Source: Podospora anserina
Taxonomy: Eukaryota
Assembly: GCA_017654855.1 (NCBI GenBank)
Contig: CM030337.1
Coordinates: 1,302,001 to 1,366,000, forward strand
Direction of reading: 5' to 3'
DNA length: 64,000 nt
Shown here one piece after another: positions 62,621 through 64,000 of this stretch. Within the stretch, counting starts at the first letter, position 1; each line of letters starts with the position of its first letter. Position numbers and translations under genes: made by a program. The notes beneath the pieces were generated by a model. It had not been told where the DNA came from. It ran no database searches and was given only the letters and a program-made list of their open reading frames with translations.

Positions 62621-64000
62621 ACCTACCCGATCAGCACATGTCACCACAACCTCCTATTTGGCACCGCTACTTGCCCTCCCTCTCCCAAAAAGTAGCTCGC
62701 CTCTCCCTCCCCCTGACCCCTGACACATGACCATCATCACCATCCCCGCACATGGCCCATCCCAAATCTCATCTCCCCGTCGCCACGTGTCCCCGAGCAC
62801 TCTCGGGCTTCCATTCTCCAAAACAATCAAAGCGAGCGAACACGAACGGACTTTGATCCGTTCCGTTCCCCCTTCTCTATCACGCGGGCGGGGGACGGAA
62901 CGGAAACGGGCTCGGTACTTCGGCTTTAGCTCGTCATGGATTGATTGTGTGTGGCCTATTGTTTTGTCTGTTGTTCATTGCCGTTCTTTGTTGTACGGGT
63001 CCCGAATCCCCGGGTTTAGTCGCCGGTGAGGGAAGGGAGCGGGAACTTGCCATTGATTATTGTGTGACTCTTCGGGTATCTCCGAGGCTTGGTTTTTAGA
63101 GAAGGGGTTGTTTTATTTTTTTTTATTTTTTTTTATTTTTTATTTATTTTTTGTTTTTAGGTTTACTGTGGCTTCTGTTAGGGAGGAAAACAATCAGTGT
63201 CTGTCTGGGATTGGAGTTTGGGGCTTTCTAGGGGCACACATATTACTCTTGCTTTTTTTTCTTGGGAGGGAGGAGATTCATGTACTCTATTCGTTATTCA
63301 TGTAAGGAAGATACACAGGCTGGTTATGTGTTAAGAATTTGAGATTGGGTTGGAAAGAGCGTGTTCAAGGGGAGTGTTGTTACCAGTTCCGAGACGAGGG
63401 GCTATAGCCTCGCTGGCGCGTATCGACCATTGCTGGGTTCAAGCATAGGATGCCTTTCCGGAGACCCTCCCAAACCGGGGTCCATTCCTGACCATATCTT
63501 TGTCCCCTTCCACACCTTCCTCCCTTCACAGCCTTACCCTTATCACCATCACTATCACATGGCTCAGTCTCATCTCTCTCGTCACAATAGGTAGATGCAA
63601 AAGACAGAAAGATTCGCAATAGGGGTATCTACAACCAAAAATCTACATCAAACAGCAAACTCACAAACTTCCCAGTACATCCACCCCGTATCCTCCGTCC
63701 CCGTTCCAAACCCCAATTCCGGTCCCGAAAAAACAGGCGTGGCTTGGCGGCCGGGAACTTCCCTACTATCTACAGACCCAAGTACCTCTACCCCCCCAAC
63801 CCAAACAAAGAAAGGCTTATCACCACCAACTCGCAGTCACTACACCCGCCCAGATCCAGCCCCAAGTTCTCATAACCCCGCGATAAGAACAATCAAATGA
63901 TGCGATCCCTCAGCCTACCTCCATACCAAAAGTCCCCTAACCAGCAACCCACCACCTACCACAGGAAGCTAAAGCACCTCCGGAACAAAAGGCCCCCTCA

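Noticed and set aside
63361-63500. Two GC-rich hairpins resembling a tRNA, snRNA or snoRNA
   Set aside because: No cloverleaf, no U-snRNA signature and no convincing H/ACA or C/D boxes.
1-64000. Transposons, Starship recombinase, Spok genes, CRISPR arrays, tRNAs
   Set aside because: No transposase, reverse transcriptase or tyrosine-recombinase motifs, terminal repeats, repeat-spacer arrays or tRNA cloverleafs were recognised by eye.

Overview
Eukaryotic, intron-containing filamentous ascomycete DNA. It is Sordariales-like, with a composition reminiscent of Podospora (inference only). Intact conserved genes: a CUE-AlkB-GRF repair protein, an AKTIP-like UEV, CCDC124/Oxs1, an MFS transporter, the purine regulator UaY/Pco-1, the phosphate transporter Pho84, a divergent HGH1-ENP1(bystin) pair, CDC73 and the RGS protein FlbA. 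There is also a dispersed 5S rRNA gene and several small genes missed by the ORF track. Two accessory zones are decaying: a head-to-head pair of disrupted HET-domain genes (2.7-6.8 kb), and three tandem paralogous secreted Cys-rich protein genes, each broken by a different lesion (44.6-48.5 kb). The best lead is an otherwise intact 5-exon gene at 38875-40678. It carries a single in-frame TAG at a position that reads as Trp (GYE*VWYPEGYWAERP), in the loop of a short hairpin. This is the pattern expected of a gene that needs sexual-stage A-to-I mRNA editing (UAG to UIG = Trp) to be translated.
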